From contig CACKVV010000001.1 of the NCBI GenBank assembly GCA_902603665.1, positions 21,607 to 85,606 of the forward strand: a DNA stretch of 64,000 nt, written 5' to 3'. Position numbers and translations under genes: made by a program. Source of the DNA: an uncultured Pelagibacteraceae bacterium. Its GTDB lineage: Bacteria > Pseudomonadota > Alphaproteobacteria > Pelagibacterales > Pelagibacteraceae. This document shows positions 42,814 to 53,805 of this stretch, piece after piece; positions within the stretch are counted from its first letter, which is position 1; every line of letters begins with the position of its first letter. The notes under the pieces were generated by a model. The model saw only the letters and a list, made by a program, of their open reading frames with translations, did not search any database and was not told the DNA's origin.

Positions 42814-43923
42814 CTAAATAAAAGGTAAATCACAAACTTTTCCATCAAAAGCTTGATCATTAATTTTTATTTTTATTGCCTGATTAGCATTCCAATTTGG
42901 CTTATTTAGCATAGCTATTCCAATGACTTGATCAAAATAGGGTGAATAACATCCAGATCTTAATTCACCAATCGGATTACTATTTTCGTCCATTATATCA
43001 ATTGACTCTGTAATATTTATTTTTTTCAAATCTAATTTTACTCCCATTAACTTTTTACTTACACCCTCAGACTTAATTTTTATCAATTTTTCTTTTCCCA
43101 AAAAATTAATATCACTATCCACATTTACAAATTTATCAAAACCACACTCCAAAGGATTGTCATTTATATCAATATCATTTCCATAAGATAAAAGTGCACT
43201 CTCAATTCTTTCTATTAAATTGGGACAGCCTGGTTTTACATCAAGGTCTTTACCTTTCTCAAACAAAGTATCGTATAAATCTAATCCAGATTTAGTATGT
43301 TCAACATATATTTCGTATCCACCTTGCTTAGACCAGCCTGATCGAGCAATTAAATGTTTTGTTCCTTTAAAATCATAATAATCAAATCCAAAAAACTTTA
43401 GTTGAGTAATTTTTTCACCAAATATTTTTTCCATTAATTTAAAAGATTTTGGTCCTTGAACAGCTATTATATTCACATCTGGTTCAAAAATATTTACAGA
43501 AAAATTGTTACCAATGGCCAGTCCTTTTGCAAAAAGTAAAACATCTGAATCTGCTATAGATAGCCACCATCTATCTGAACTTAGTCTTAAAACTACTGGA
43601 TCATTTATTATTCCACCTTTGTCATCTATAATTGGACAGTAGTAACATCTACCATCTTTAGATTTTGATAGATCTCTACATGTCATAAGCTGGACTAGCT
43701 TTGCTGAATCTTTTCCATTTATCTCAACTTGTCGTTCTCCTGCAACATCCCAAACTTGAACAGACTCTTTCAAATGATGATAGGAGTCTTCAAGTGATCC
43801 GAAAGCAGCTGGTAGCAACATATGATTATATGTTGTATATGCTGTAACTCCTTGTTCTTCTATTCTAGAGGTATAAGGAGTGCTTCTTAATCTTCTTGAT
43901 TTAGCTATAGAGAATGTTTTCAT
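42814..43923 (-). CDS. dmdA: Dimethylsulfoniopropionate demethylase
   Basis: GcvT fold, 369 aa, N-terminus [20 protein letters not shown] typical of Pelagibacter DmdA. Also WDVA.ERQ and RSGWSKQGG. Confidence 0.95.
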   Translation of the reverse strand: MKTFSIAKSRRLRSTPYTSRIEEQGVTAYTTYNHMLLPAAFGSLEDSYHHLKESVQVWDVAGERQVEINGKDSAKLVQLMTCRDLSKSKDGRCYYCPIIDDKGGIINDPVVLRLSSDRWWLSIADSDVLLFAKGLAIGNNFSVNIFEPDVNIIAVQGPKSFKLMEKIFGEKITQLKFFGFDYYDFKGTKHLIARSGWSKQGGYEIYVEHTKSGLDLYDTLFEKGKDLDVKPGCPNLIERIESALLSYGNDIDINDNPLECGFDKFVNVDSDINFLGKEKLIKIKSEGVSKKLMGVKLDLKKINITESIDIMDENSNPIGELRSGCYSPYFDQVIGIAMLNKPNWNANQAIKIKINDQAFDGKVCDLPFI

Positions 43924-43924
43924 T

Positions 43925-43960
43925 TTTTAAAATTAAGAGATCTTTTCTCTTATTTTAAAA
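43925..43960 (-). promoter_or_regulatory. AU-rich inverted repeat (15 bp stem, 1 bulge, 5-nt loop) ending 1 nt before the dmdA start codon
   Basis: + strand TTTTAAAATTAAGAGA-TCTTT-TCTCTTATTTTAAAA. The structure is seen directly; its function is inferred. Confidence 0.5.
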
Positions 43961-43973
43961 GATTTTTCAAACA

Positions 43974-45596
43974 TTATTCCTTAGCTTTTTTTCTAAGTTC
44001 AAATTTTTGAATTTTTCCTGTTGAAGTTTTTGGTAATTCACAAAATTCAATTTTCTTTGGTACTTTAAATCCTGCTAAAGTTTCTTTACAAAAATCAATT
44101 AATTCCTTCTCGCTTGTTTCTTTATCTTGAACTTTTTCAATAAATGCACATGGAACTTCACCCCATTTTTCGTCAGGCTTCGCAACAACTGCAGCTATTG
44201 AAACTGCTGGGTGCTTAGCTAAAGTATTTTCAATTTCAATTGAAGATATATTTTCACCCCCAGAAATAATTATATCTTTTGATCTATCTTGAATTTTTAT
44301 ATAGCCGTCAGGATGAGCAACTGCTAGGTCACCCGAGTGAAACCAACCTCCTGCCATAGCTTTATCTGTTGCCTTCTTATCTTTAAAATATCCTTTCATG
44401 ACAACATTTCCTTTAATCATTATTTCGCCCATTGTTTTTCCATCTTTTGGAACGGGTTCTAAGGTTTCTGGATCCATAACCATGACATCTTCTGTATTAG
44501 GGTATCTAACACCTTGACGTGCTTTAATTTCATTTTGTTTATCATCGTCTAAATCATTCCATTGATCATTCCAAGCACACTGTAAAATGTGTCCATATGT
44601 TTCAGTAAGTCCATATACATGCATTACTTCAAAGCCTAGTGCTTGCATTTTTTTAAATATAATACTTGGAGGAGGTGCTCCTGCTGTTAGAACATATACT
44701 TTATGACCTAACTTTTTTTGATCTTTCTCAGATGCTCCTGTAATCATATTCAACACAATTGGGGCGCCGCCAAAATGTGTTATCTTATGCTCTTCGATTA
44801 ATTCAAAAATTTTTTTTATGTCAATATTTCTAAGACAAACCGTTTTTCCATTTAACATTGGTATTGTCCATGGATAGCACCAACCATTACAATGAAACAT
44901 TGGAACAACTGTTAAAAAATTGAGCCTAGCAGGCATATTCCACGCAACAGCACTTCCAGTAGACATTAAATATGAGCCTCTATGATGATATACAACACCT
45001 TTAGGATTTCCAGTAGTACCCGAGGTGTAACTCAATGATATTGCCTGCCACTCATCTTTAGGTCTTTTCCATTGAAAGTTTTCGTCTCCAGTGTTCAAAA
45101 ATTCTTCGTATTCTTTTTCTCCAATTTTTTTTAGTAGTGATTGATCAGCAAAATTATCTTGGATATCAATTATGAGAGGTTTATTTTTAACAGTTTCTAA
45201 AGCTTTATTCACAACAGCATGAAATTGTCTATCTACAATTAATACTTTTGCTTCACTATGATCCAAAATATATGAGACTGTTTTTGCATCTAAACGAATA
45301 TTAATTGTATTTAATATTCCACCAGTCATCGGAACTGAATAGTGAGCCTCAAAAATTTCAGGCGTGTTACAAGCCATTACAGAGACGGTATCTCCTTCAC
45401 CAATTCCAATTTTTTCTAATGCGCTCGCAAATTTAATACATCTTTTATATATATCAGACCAAGTATGTGATCTGTCTTCATAAACTATTCCTACATAATC
45501 AGGATAAATATCCTTAGCTCTTTCTAAAAAACTTAATGGAGTTAATGGAACAAAATTTGCGTCGTTTTTATCAAGATTTTGATTGTATTTATTCAC
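43974..45596 (-). CDS. dmdB: Acyl-CoA synthetase; probable methylmercaptopropionate-CoA ligase
   Basis: YTSGTTGNPKG, MFHCNGW, YGLTE and DRSKDIIISGGEN motifs. Lies between dmdA and an acyl-CoA dehydrogenase. GTG start. Confidence 0.85.
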   Translation of the reverse strand: MNKYNQNLDKNDANFVPLTPLSFLERAKDIYPDYVGIVYEDRSHTWSDIYKRCIKFASALEKIGIGEGDTVSVMACNTPEIFEAHYSVPMTGGILNTINIRLDAKTVSYILDHSEAKVLIVDRQFHAVVNKALETVKNKPLIIDIQDNFADQSLLKKIGEKEYEEFLNTGDENFQWKRPKDEWQAISLSYTSGTTGNPKGVVYHHRGSYLMSTGSAVAWNMPARLNFLTVVPMFHCNGWCYPWTIPMLNGKTVCLRNIDIKKIFELIEEHKITHFGGAPIVLNMITGASEKDQKKLGHKVYVLTAGAPPPSIIFKKMQALGFEVMHVYGLTETYGHILQCAWNDQWNDLDDDKQNEIKARQGVRYPNTEDVMVMDPETLEPVPKDGKTMGEIMIKGNVVMKGYFKDKKATDKAMAGGWFHSGDLAVAHPDGYIKIQDRSKDIIISGGENISSIEIENTLAKHPAVSIAAVVAKPDEKWGEVPCAFIEKVQDKETSEKELIDFCKETLAGFKVPKKIEFCELPKTSTGKIQKFELRKKAKE

Positions 45597-47354
45597 TTAG
45601 TTAAACTTAGCACTCATTGTGTATTTGCTACCAGAAATTGCTGATTTGTAATGACTATCAACCCTAGGTACAATTTTATCAAAATAATAATTGCCAGTAT
45701 TTATTTTATCATCATAAAATTCTTTATTAGCTGAATGATTTTCATAACTTTTTCTTAACACTTTTAACCAAACAAATGCTAAAGATGTATAACCAAAGTA
45801 CTTCAAATAATCATTGCATGATGCGCTAATGTCATCTTTTGGTGTATTGCCCTCTGGATCCATCCATTTGGTAAAGTCTATTAGGACATCTTTTAAATTT
45901 TCTAAAATTAATGTTTTATCTTTAATTTTATCAATTGATTTACAAAGCTTAATTTCTTCATCAATTAAAGATAAAAAATTAGTAAATATATTTTTTTGGC
46001 TTACTTTTCTAAATACAAAATCTATGGCTTGAACGGAATTTGTACCTTCGTAGATGGGGGTAATTCTGTTATCTCTGAATAATTGTTCTATCCCTTGATC
46101 TTTGGTATATCCGTATCCACCAAATATTTGAATAGCCTCATTTGTAATATCCATCGCCATATCGGTAAAAAAAGACTTAATAACAGGAGTCATTAATGAA
46201 ACCATTTCACCCGCTTTTTTTTTAACATTCTGGTCATTATGATTTAAACTGACATCAATTTGTTGTGCCATCCAAAATGATAAGGCTCTTTCTCCCTCGA
46301 TAATCGATTTCATATTCATTAAACTTCTTCTAATATCAGCATGCTGAATTATTAAGTCTGTATCCCCATTTTTATTTTCATTTGACTTGCCTTGTTTTCT
46401 CTCTTTTGCATAACTTAAGGCAGTTTGATAAGCTGTTTCTGAAATCCCTAAACCTTGAATTCCGACAATAATTCTCTCTAAATTCATCATAGTAAACATT
46501 GAGTTTAGTCCTTTATTTTCAGGACCAATCATATAACCTTTCGCTTCATCAAAACTTAGTACACAAGTTGCTGAACCTTTAATTCCCATTTTAGACTCAA
46601 TAGACACTGTATTAACTCCGTTTCTCGAACCTACTGAACCATCTTCATTTATTTCATACTTAGGAACTAGAAATAAACTTATACCTCTTGTACCTTTAGG
46701 TGCATCTGGTGTTCTAGCTAAAACTAAATGAATTATATTTTCTGTTAGATCGTGATCACCAGAAGTTATAAAAATTTTTTGTCCACTTATCTTATAGCCG
46801 TTTCCATTTTTAACAGCCTTTGTTTTTATAAGTCCTAAATCCGTACCACACTGAGGTTCTGTCAAACACATTGTACCACTCCACTTCCCCTCTACTATTT
46901 TAGGAAGATATTTATTTTTAATCTCTTCTGATCCATGAGTTTTAAGACAGTTATAAGCTCCAATACTCAATTCGCTGTAAAGTTTAAATGACAAGCTAGA
47001 AGAAGACAACATTTCATCGAAAAATGCACTGACAGTTTTTGGCATTCCTTGTCCGCCATACTCAGGGTCACAAGATAAAGATACCCACCCATCTTCTATA
47101 AATTTTGAATACACTTCTTTATAACCTGGAGGTGTTCTTACAACTCCATTTTCATAAATGCATGGTTTTTCATCACCAACTTTTGCTAATGGTAAAATTA
47201 AATCCTGATTTATTTTCGCAGCCTCTTCTAATATATTTTTTACTAGGTCTGATGTAACTTCTTTGTTTTTTTCTATTTCGTTATATTCTTTATTGTCTTT
47301 TAGATGTTCAAAAAGAAACATCATATCATCTATGGGAGCTGAATAAATTGTCAT
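45597..47354 (-). CDS. dmdC: Acyl-CoA dehydrogenase; probable MMPA-CoA dehydrogenase
   Basis: GTMCLTEPQCGTD, KIFIT, KMGIKGS, FGGYGY and IYEGTN. dmd gene context. Confidence 0.82.
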   Translation of the reverse strand: MTIYSAPIDDMMFLFEHLKDNKEYNEIEKNKEVTSDLVKNILEEAAKINQDLILPLAKVGDEKPCIYENGVVRTPPGYKEVYSKFIEDGWVSLSCDPEYGGQGMPKTVSAFFDEMLSSSSLSFKLYSELSIGAYNCLKTHGSEEIKNKYLPKIVEGKWSGTMCLTEPQCGTDLGLIKTKAVKNGNGYKISGQKIFITSGDHDLTENIIHLVLARTPDAPKGTRGISLFLVPKYEINEDGSVGSRNGVNTVSIESKMGIKGSATCVLSFDEAKGYMIGPENKGLNSMFTMMNLERIIVGIQGLGISETAYQTALSYAKERKQGKSNENKNGDTDLIIQHADIRRSLMNMKSIIEGERALSFWMAQQIDVSLNHNDQNVKKKAGEMVSLMTPVIKSFFTDMAMDITNEAIQIFGGYGYTKDQGIEQLFRDNRITPIYEGTNSVQAIDFVFRKVSQKNIFTNFLSLIDEEIKLCKSIDKIKDKTLILENLKDVLIDFTKWMDPEGNTPKDDISASCNDYLKYFGYTSLAFVWLKVLRKSYENHSANKEFYDDKINTGNYYFDKIVPRVDSHYKSAISGSKYTMSAKFN

Positions 47355-47383
47355 AATTATTTTAACAAATTAAATTAAAATAT

Positions 47384-48493
47384 TTAATTTTGCAAACAGG
47401 CAATGATTGCATCACCCATTTGTGAGGTGGATACTTCCTTAGTGCCTTGAGACATAATATCTTTTGTTCTTAAACCCTTGTCTAAAACGTCCTGAACTGA
47501 TTTTTCTAACAAATCAGCCTCTTTATCTAAATCAAGAGAATATCTTAATGCCATTGCAAAACTTAATATAGTAGCAATAGGATTTGCAAGACCTTTACCA
47601 GCGATATCCGGAGCTGAACCATGAATAGGTTCATACATAGCTCTCATTTCGCCATCTTTATTTTTTGCACCAAGTGATGCTGAGGGTAATAATCCAAGAG
47701 ATCCTGTTAACATCGAAGCTTCATCTGAAAGCATATCGCCAAATAAATTATCTGTTACAATAACATCAAATTGTTTAGGATTTCTAAGTAATTGCATAGC
47801 ACAGTTATCAGCTAACATATGACTTAATTCTACATCTTTATATTCTCTATCATGTAAAGCTTGAACATCTTCTTTCCAAAGCAATCCTGCCTCCATGACA
47901 TTTGATTTTTCACATGATGTTACTTTGTTCTTTCGTTTTCTAGCAAGATCAAAAGCTACTTTTGCAACTCTCTCTATTTCACTAGTTGTATATGTATGAG
48001 TATTTATTCCTTTTCTCTCTCCATTATCTATTGGTTTAATTCCTCTAGGTTCTCCAAAGTAAATTCCACCGGTCAGCTCTCTTACAATCATGATGTCTAG
48101 ACCAGAAACTATTTCTGGCTTTAGGGTAGAAGCATCAACTAATTGCTTAAAGCAGATTGCAGGTCTTAAATTTGCAAAAAGTTTAAGTTCCTTTCTTAAT
48201 TTTAGTAAAGCTCTTTCAGGTTTTTTTGAAAATTCTAGATTATCCCATTTAGGACCACCTACAGCTCCTAAAATAACCGCCTCACACTCCAATGCTTTAT
48301 AAAAAACCTCATCTGTAATTGGAGTACCATGCTTATCATATGATGCCCCGCCAGCTAAATCTTCATCAATTTCAAAGTCTAAAGATTTATTTGTGTTAAA
48401 CCAGTTTATAATTTTTTTGACTTCAGCAATTACTTCCGGACCAATACCATCACCTGGAAGCAACAGAAATTTTCTTTTTTTAATTTTAATCAT
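47384..48493 (-). CDS. leuB: 3-isopropylmalate dehydrogenase
   Basis: [26 protein letters not shown] and HGSAPDIAG. Confidence 0.97.
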   Translation of the reverse strand: MIKIKKRKFLLLPGDGIGPEVIAEVKKIINWFNTNKSLDFEIDEDLAGGASYDKHGTPITDEVFYKALECEAVILGAVGGPKWDNLEFSKKPERALLKLRKELKLFANLRPAICFKQLVDASTLKPEIVSGLDIMIVRELTGGIYFGEPRGIKPIDNGERKGINTHTYTTSEIERVAKVAFDLARKRKNKVTSCEKSNVMEAGLLWKEDVQALHDREYKDVELSHMLADNCAMQLLRNPKQFDVIVTDNLFGDMLSDEASMLTGSLGLLPSASLGAKNKDGEMRAMYEPIHGSAPDIAGKGLANPIATILSFAMALRYSLDLDKEADLLEKSVQDVLDKGLRTKDIMSQGTKEVSTSQMGDAIIACLQN

Positions 48494-49091
48494 TGAAAAT
48501 CCAAGGTTTTGAAGACTTTAATTTTTTTTCAAAGGAGTCAATTTTGTCTGATTTCTCTAGAGATAAAGCAATGTCATCTAAACCCTCAATTAAACATTTT
48601 TTTTTGAACTCATCTAACTCAAATTTTATTTCATTGTTACCAAAAACTATTTTTTGATCTTTAAGATCAATCAAAATTTTTTCCTTTCTACTTGAATATT
48701 CTGAAATTTGTTTTATTTGCTCTTCACTGATGGTGATTGGTAAAATTCCATTTTTGAAACAGTTATTATAAAATATATCAGCATAGCTTGAGCTAATCAC
48801 ACAAGTAATACCAAAATCTAATAAAGCCCATGGTGCATGTTCTCTTGATGAACCACAGCCAAAATTTTTACCAGCTATTAAAATTTTAGAATTTGTATAA
48901 GGTTCGTTATTAAGTATAAAATTTTCAATTTCTTTACCTGTTTCATCATATCTCATTTCAAAGAAAAGGTTTTTTCCTAAACCAGTCCTTTTAATTGTTT
49001 TTAAAAACTGTTTTGGGATTATCATATCTGTATCAATATTAACTATTGGAAGATATGCGGGTATACTCTCTAACGTATCAAATTTTTTCAT
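48486..49091 (-). CDS. leuD: 3-isopropylmalate dehydratase small subunit
   Basis: NIDTD.IIPKQFL and [13 protein letters not shown]. Confidence 0.97.
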   Translation of the reverse strand: MKKFDTLESIPAYLPIVNIDTDMIIPKQFLKTIKRTGLGKNLFFEMRYDETGKEIENFILNNEPYTNSKILIAGKNFGCGSSREHAPWALLDFGITCVISSSYADIFYNNCFKNGILPITISEEQIKQISEYSSRKEKILIDLKDQKIVFGNNEIKFELDEFKKKCLIEGLDDIALSLEKSDKIDSFEKKLKSSKPWIFND

Positions 49092-50494
49092 TAATTTTCG
49101 TACTTTCTCACATCATCCAAATTTCCAGATATTGCAGCAGCAGCTGCCATACCTGGGCTAACTAAATGAGTTCTTCCACCTCTTCCTTGTCTTCCCTCAA
49201 AATTTCTATTTGAGGTCGAGGCACACCTTTCTTCAGGCTTAAGTTTATCGGCATTCATAGCAAGGCACATGGAACAACCTGGCTCTCTCCACTCAAAACC
49301 AGATTGCTTGAAAATTTTATCTAAACCTTCTTGCTCTGCTTGTTCTTTTACTAACCCAGAGCCAGGCACAATAATAGCATTAACGTGTGAAGCAATTTTC
49401 TTATCTTTTAAAATTTTAGCAGCATCTCTGAGGTCCTCTATTCTTCCGTTTGTACAGCTGCCTATAAATACTTTATCAATTTTAATATCTTTAATGAAAG
49501 TATTAGGTTTTAAACCCATATAATTTAAAGATCTTGTAATTGAGTTTTTTCTATCCTCATCATTTTCATTATCAGGGTTAGGAACTTTGCCATCTATTTC
49601 AACAACGTCTTGGGGTGATGTACCCCATGTAACCATTGGTTTTATTTCAGCGCCATCCAATGTTATCTCTTTATCAAAGTGAGCATTCTTATCAGTTTTC
49701 AATTTACTCCAATACTCAATAGCTTTGTCCCAACTTTCACCTTTCGGTGACATTGGTTTTCCCTTCAGATAATTAAAAATTTTTGTGTCAGGTTCGATAA
49801 GGCCAGCTCTTGCCCCTCCCTCTATGGTCATATTGCAAATTGTCATTCTTTGCTCGACACTTAAACTTGAAATTAAATTTCCTGCATACTCAATTACATA
49901 TCCTGTTCCACCTGCGGTACCAATTTTACCAATTATTTGAAGAATTACGTCTTTTGATGTTACACCTATAGGTAAACTACCATTTACATTTATTCTAAAA
50001 TTTTTAGATTTTTTTTGGACTAAGGTTTGTGTTGCCAGTACATGTTCAACTTCAGAAGTACCTATTCCGAAAGCTAAAGCACCAAATGCACCATGTGTAG
50101 CAGTATGACTATCACCACAGACAATTATGTTTCCTGGTTGGGTAAAACCTTGTTCAGGACCAATTATATGAACAATGCCTTGTCTCTTATCATCCATTCC
50201 AAATAATTGGATACCAAATTCCTTACAATTTTTCTCAAGAGTTTCTACCTGAATTCTCGAATCCTCGTCTGAAATTCCTTTAGATCTATCTGTAGTTGGA
50301 ACATTATGATCTGCGACCGCAAGTGTTAATCTAGGTTGCCTTACTTTCCTGTTTGTGTTTCTCAGACCCTCAAATGCTTGGGGACTGGTTACCTCATGAA
50401 TTAGATGTCTATCGACAAATAGTAGAGATGTACCATCATCTTGTTCATGAACAAGATGCTCTTCCCAAATTTTATCGTAAATAGTTTGTGACAT
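49091..50494 (-). CDS. leuC: 3-isopropylmalate dehydratase large subunit
   Basis: [22 protein letters not shown] and NRNFEGRQG. Confidence 0.98.
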   Translation of the reverse strand: MSQTIYDKIWEEHLVHEQDDGTSLLFVDRHLIHEVTSPQAFEGLRNTNRKVRQPRLTLAVADHNVPTTDRSKGISDEDSRIQVETLEKNCKEFGIQLFGMDDKRQGIVHIIGPEQGFTQPGNIIVCGDSHTATHGAFGALAFGIGTSEVEHVLATQTLVQKKSKNFRINVNGSLPIGVTSKDVILQIIGKIGTAGGTGYVIEYAGNLISSLSVEQRMTICNMTIEGGARAGLIEPDTKIFNYLKGKPMSPKGESWDKAIEYWSKLKTDKNAHFDKEITLDGAEIKPMVTWGTSPQDVVEIDGKVPNPDNENDEDRKNSITRSLNYMGLKPNTFIKDIKIDKVFIGSCTNGRIEDLRDAAKILKDKKIASHVNAIIVPGSGLVKEQAEQEGLDKIFKQSGFEWREPGCSMCLAMNADKLKPEERCASTSNRNFEGRQGRGGRTHLVSPGMAAAAAISGNLDDVRKYEN

Positions 50495-50505
50495 TTAGAA
50501 AAATA

Positions 50506-51105
50506 TTATTTTTTCTCTGCGGGACTTTCTTGTTTTTGCTCCTCTTTTTTAATTTCTTCTTTTGGAGCTTCTGCTACTGCCTCTTTTTTAACTTCTTCTT
50601 TTGGAGCTTCTACTACTGCTTCTTTTTTGGCTGCATCGGAGCTTGCATCAGATTTTGAAACTTCTTTTGAATTCTCATCTGTTGCTGGCAAAACATTTTC
50701 TTCAGTTACTTGTTGAATTTTTGTTTCTATATCAATTCCAATTTTCTTTTTAATCTTTTCAGCTATTCTTGCTGATTTACCTGTTCTATCTCTAAGATAA
50801 TAAAGTTTTGCTCTTCTTACCTTTCCAGATCTTACAACTTTAATTGTATCAACAATTGGACTGTACAATGCAAATGTTCTCTCAACACCTTCACCAAATG
50901 AAATTTTTCTAACAGTAAAAGATGAGTTTATATCTCTATTTTTTTTTGCAATACACACTCCTTCAAAATACTGAATTCTGTCTCTTTTACCTTCGGTAAT
51001 TCTTACTCCAACCTTTACTATATCTCCTGGAAAAAAATCAGGATGTTTTCTCTCTGAAACAATTTTTTTTACAATGGATTGATTGATTTCTTCAATATTT
51101 TTCAT
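50506..51105 (-). CDS. rplS: 50S ribosomal protein L19 with long low-complexity C-terminal tail
   Basis: [20 protein letters not shown] and [12 protein letters not shown]. Confidence 0.97.
   Translation of the reverse strand: MKNIEEINQSIVKKIVSERKHPDFFPGDIVKVGVRITEGKRDRIQYFEGVCIAKKNRDINSSFTVRKISFGEGVERTFALYSPIVDTIKVVRSGKVRRAKLYYLRDRTGKSARIAEKIKKKIGIDIETKIQQVTEENVLPATDENSKEVSKSDASSDAAKKEAVVEAPKEEVKKEAVAEAPKEEIKKEEQKQESPAEKK
50542..50628. repeat. In-frame 39-bp tandem repeat (2 copies plus partial) in rplS tail
   Basis: 50542-50580 vs 50581-50619 are 37/39 identical and encode KKEAV(V/A)EAPKEE(V/I). Confidence 0.9.
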
Positions 51106-51106
51106 T

Positions 51107-51802
51107 TTAGTTCTTTTTAGTCTTCTTATATTTTTCCCACAAATCTGGTCTTCGGTCGCGTGTTATAGCCTCAGATTGTGATAAACGCCAGTCTTTAATT
51201 TTGGCATGATCTCCTGATAATAACACTTCTGGCACACCTTTTTGCTCGAAAATTTGAGGTTTAGTATATTGAGGATATTCCAAAAGACCATTTTCGAAAC
51301 TTTCATTTTTAGATGAGTTCACATTGCCTAAAACACCAGGAACAAATCTTAAAATCGCATCAAGAACTACAAATACAGCTGTTTCACCTCCAGACAAAAC
51401 AAAGTCTCCAATACTTATTTCCTCTATATTTCTGCTATCAATTATCCTTTGATCAATACCCTCAAAATGACCACATATAAAATTAATTGAATCAAATTCT
51501 GAAAATCTTTTTGCACAATTATGATCAAAAATTTTTCCTTTTGGGCTTAGGTAAATTATTTTTTCATCCTGTGGTAAATTTTTATCCAATGATCTTGCTA
51601 ATACATCTGCTTTCATTATCATACCATCACCACCACCATACGGTGTATCATCAACTGTCTTGTGCTTGTCCTCAGCATAATTTCTAATATCCACAATTTC
51701 TAAACTCCAAATTTTTTCATTCATAGCTTTGCCAAATAAACCTTTTTCTAGGTAGCCTGGAAAATAGTCTGGATACAAAGTGAATACTCGAGACTTAAAC
51801 AT
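51107..51802 (-). CDS. trmD: tRNA (guanine37-N1)-methyltransferase
   Basis: [31 protein letters not shown] and LLSGDH. Confidence 0.97.
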   Translation of the reverse strand: MFKSRVFTLYPDYFPGYLEKGLFGKAMNEKIWSLEIVDIRNYAEDKHKTVDDTPYGGGDGMIMKADVLARSLDKNLPQDEKIIYLSPKGKIFDHNCAKRFSEFDSINFICGHFEGIDQRIIDSRNIEEISIGDFVLSGGETAVFVVLDAILRFVPGVLGNVNSSKNESFENGLLEYPQYTKPQIFEQKGVPEVLLSGDHAKIKDWRLSQSEAITRDRRPDLWEKYKKTKKN

Positions 51803-52273
51803 TTATTTTTTTTCTTCTCCCTTTGGAGCTTCTGGAGCAGCTTCAGTCTTAGGAGCTTCTTTGGTATCTTCATTTTTTGGTGTTTCGCTTGTAGCATCTT
51901 TTTTAGGTGCTTCTGCATTATTATCTGATTTCGTCTCAGTTTTTGCTTCCGCTCCTTCACTATCTTTTTTGTTTCTTTCTTTTTTAGGAACTGCTTTAAT
52001 AGGGTTATTTCCGTTAGCTGGCATTTCGATTATCTGGTTCTCACCAAGAATTCTGGCAACTCTAGTTGTTGGTTGCGCTCCTTGACTTAACCAATATTTA
52101 ATTCTCTCTTGGTCTAGTCCTACTCTTTCTTTTTTTTCCTTTGGAAGTAACGGATTAAAGAAACCTAGCTTTTCAATAAATCTTCCATCTCTTGGAAATC
52201 TACTGTCAGCAACAACAATTTTATAAACAGGTCTTTTTTTCGTACCACCCATTGATAATCTCATTTTTAACAT
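51803..52273 (-). CDS. rpsP: 30S ribosomal protein S16 with C-terminal extension
   Basis: [24 protein letters not shown] and W..QGAQPT. Confidence 0.97.
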   Translation of the reverse strand: MLKMRLSMGGTKKRPVYKIVVADSRFPRDGRFIEKLGFFNPLLPKEKKERVGLDQERIKYWLSQGAQPTTRVARILGENQIIEMPANGNNPIKAVPKKERNKKDSEGAEAKTETKSDNNAEAPKKDATSETPKNEDTKEAPKTEAAPEAPKGEEKK

Positions 52274-52287
52274 TTTTTCTCCTTTTT

Positions 52288-53646
52288 TTATTTAAGTTGA
52301 TTAAAAAGTTCTGGTGGTATTCCTTTGTCCGCCATTCCTTTCATATTTCCTTTAGACATCTTTTTCATCATCTCAGACATCATTTTAAATTGTTTTAACA
52401 ATTTATTGATAGTGGCAATGTCAGTACCAGAGCCATTAGCAATTCTTTTCTTTCTGGATCCATCAATTATCTTTGGATTTTCTCTCTCTTTTTTAGTCAT
52501 AGATAAAATTACAGCTTCATTTTGGGTAATTATTTTTTCGTCAACACCTGCTTCATCCATTTGAGATTTAATTTTTGAAACACCTGGCAGAAAAGACATT
52601 ATACCCTCGATCCCACCCATTTTCTTCATTTGCCGTAATTGTGATAAATAGTCTTCTAAGGAAAATTGACCTTTTTTTAATTTTTCTTCAGTTTTTTTTA
52701 AATTTTCTTGATCTATATCTTCAGCAGCTTTTTCAACAAGAGAAACGATATCTCCCATTCCTAAAATTCTATTTGCTATTCTGTCAGGATAAAAAATTTC
52801 AAAATTATCTATTTTTTCTCCAATTCCCAAAAATTTTATAGGAACATCTGCAACATACTTCATACTTAATGCTGCGCCACCTCTTCCGTCACCATCTGAT
52901 CTGGTAAGAACTATACCTGTTAAATTTACAGTATTTTTAAATTCTTTAGCCACATTTGCAGCAACTTGACCTGTTAAAGAATCTGCAACTAATATTGTTT
53001 CTGAAGGATTTATAATTCCCTCTATTTGTTTAATTTCACTCATCATTTGGAAATCTATTTGAGTTCTTCCTGCTGTATCAAAAAGAATTACCTCGGAGCC
53101 ATTCAGGTTTGCTGCACTTAAAGCTCTTCTGCAAATGTCTGCAGGTAATTGACCTTCAATAACAGGTAAAGTAATTATGTTATTTTGTTCACCAAGTAAT
53201 TTTAATTGTTCTTGTGCAGCTGGCCGGTACACATCAAGACTAACCATCATTACTTTTTTTTTATTATTTTTTTCTAGAAATTTAGCCAGCTTTGCAGTGG
53301 TGGTAGTTTTTCCTGATCCTTGTAATCCCACTAACATAATAGGAACAGGTGGAACGGCATTAAGGAGAATGTCTGAATTTTTATCACCTAAAAATGATAC
53401 AAGTTCATCGTAAACAATTTTAACAACCATTTGCCCAGGTGATGTTGATCTTACAATCTCCTTACCTAGAGCTTTTGGTTTAACTCTGTTTATGAATTCT
53501 TTTACAACATCTAGAGATACATCAGCCTCTAATAAAGCAAGACGAATAGCACGCAATCCTTCATCTACTTGTTTTTCATCAAGAGAAGGTGCTTTTTTTA
53601 AAGAGGAAAAAATTTCCTCAAATTTATTTGTTAAATTTTCAAACAT
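52288..53646 (-). CDS. ffh: Signal recognition particle protein
   Basis: MFENL start at 53646, [14 protein letters not shown] and Met-rich M domain with RIANGSG. Confidence 0.98.
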   Translation of the reverse strand: MFENLTNKFEEIFSSLKKAPSLDEKQVDEGLRAIRLALLEADVSLDVVKEFINRVKPKALGKEIVRSTSPGQMVVKIVYDELVSFLGDKNSDILLNAVPPVPIMLVGLQGSGKTTTTAKLAKFLEKNNKKKVMMVSLDVYRPAAQEQLKLLGEQNNIITLPVIEGQLPADICRRALSAANLNGSEVILFDTAGRTQIDFQMMSEIKQIEGIINPSETILVADSLTGQVAANVAKEFKNTVNLTGIVLTRSDGDGRGGAALSMKYVADVPIKFLGIGEKIDNFEIFYPDRIANRILGMGDIVSLVEKAAEDIDQENLKKTEEKLKKGQFSLEDYLSQLRQMKKMGGIEGIMSFLPGVSKIKSQMDEAGVDEKIITQNEAVILSMTKKERENPKIIDGSRKKRIANGSGTDIATINKLLKQFKMMSEMMKKMSKGNMKGMADKGIPPELFNQLK

Positions 53647-53663
53647 AATTTTACACAGCAGGT

Positions 53664-53702
53664 ATCGCACCAGTGGGCGAACCCTCGCTGACTGGTGTCG
53701 AT
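53664..53702 (-). ncRNA. ffh leader RNA motif (bulged hairpin)
   Basis: Minus-strand AUCG-A-CACCAGU-CA-GCGA-GGGU-UCGC-CC-ACUGGUG-CGAU, a GC-rich hairpin 17 nt upstream of the ffh AUG. An ffh 5'-UTR motif is known from Pelagibacter and other alphaproteobacteria. Confidence 0.8.
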
Positions 53703-53805
53703 CTCTTTGTTACCAAAGACACCGCAAATTGCTGTATTTTGCGGAAACTGCGGTAAACTATAATAGAGGTTCAAAAAGTCAATAAATAAGTTAAGTATTT
53801 AATCT

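Noticed and set aside
50542-50628. Direct repeat as CRISPR or a mobile-element footprint
   Set aside because: The copies are adjacent with no spacers, in frame within rplS, and there is no cas, integrase or transposase in the window.
53647-53760. GC-rich structured island next to ffh as the SRP 4.5S RNA gene or a tRNA
   Set aside because: It lacks the domain IV CAGG/GGAA/AGCA signature and any cloverleaf or T-loop. Position and shape fit a cis-acting ffh leader.
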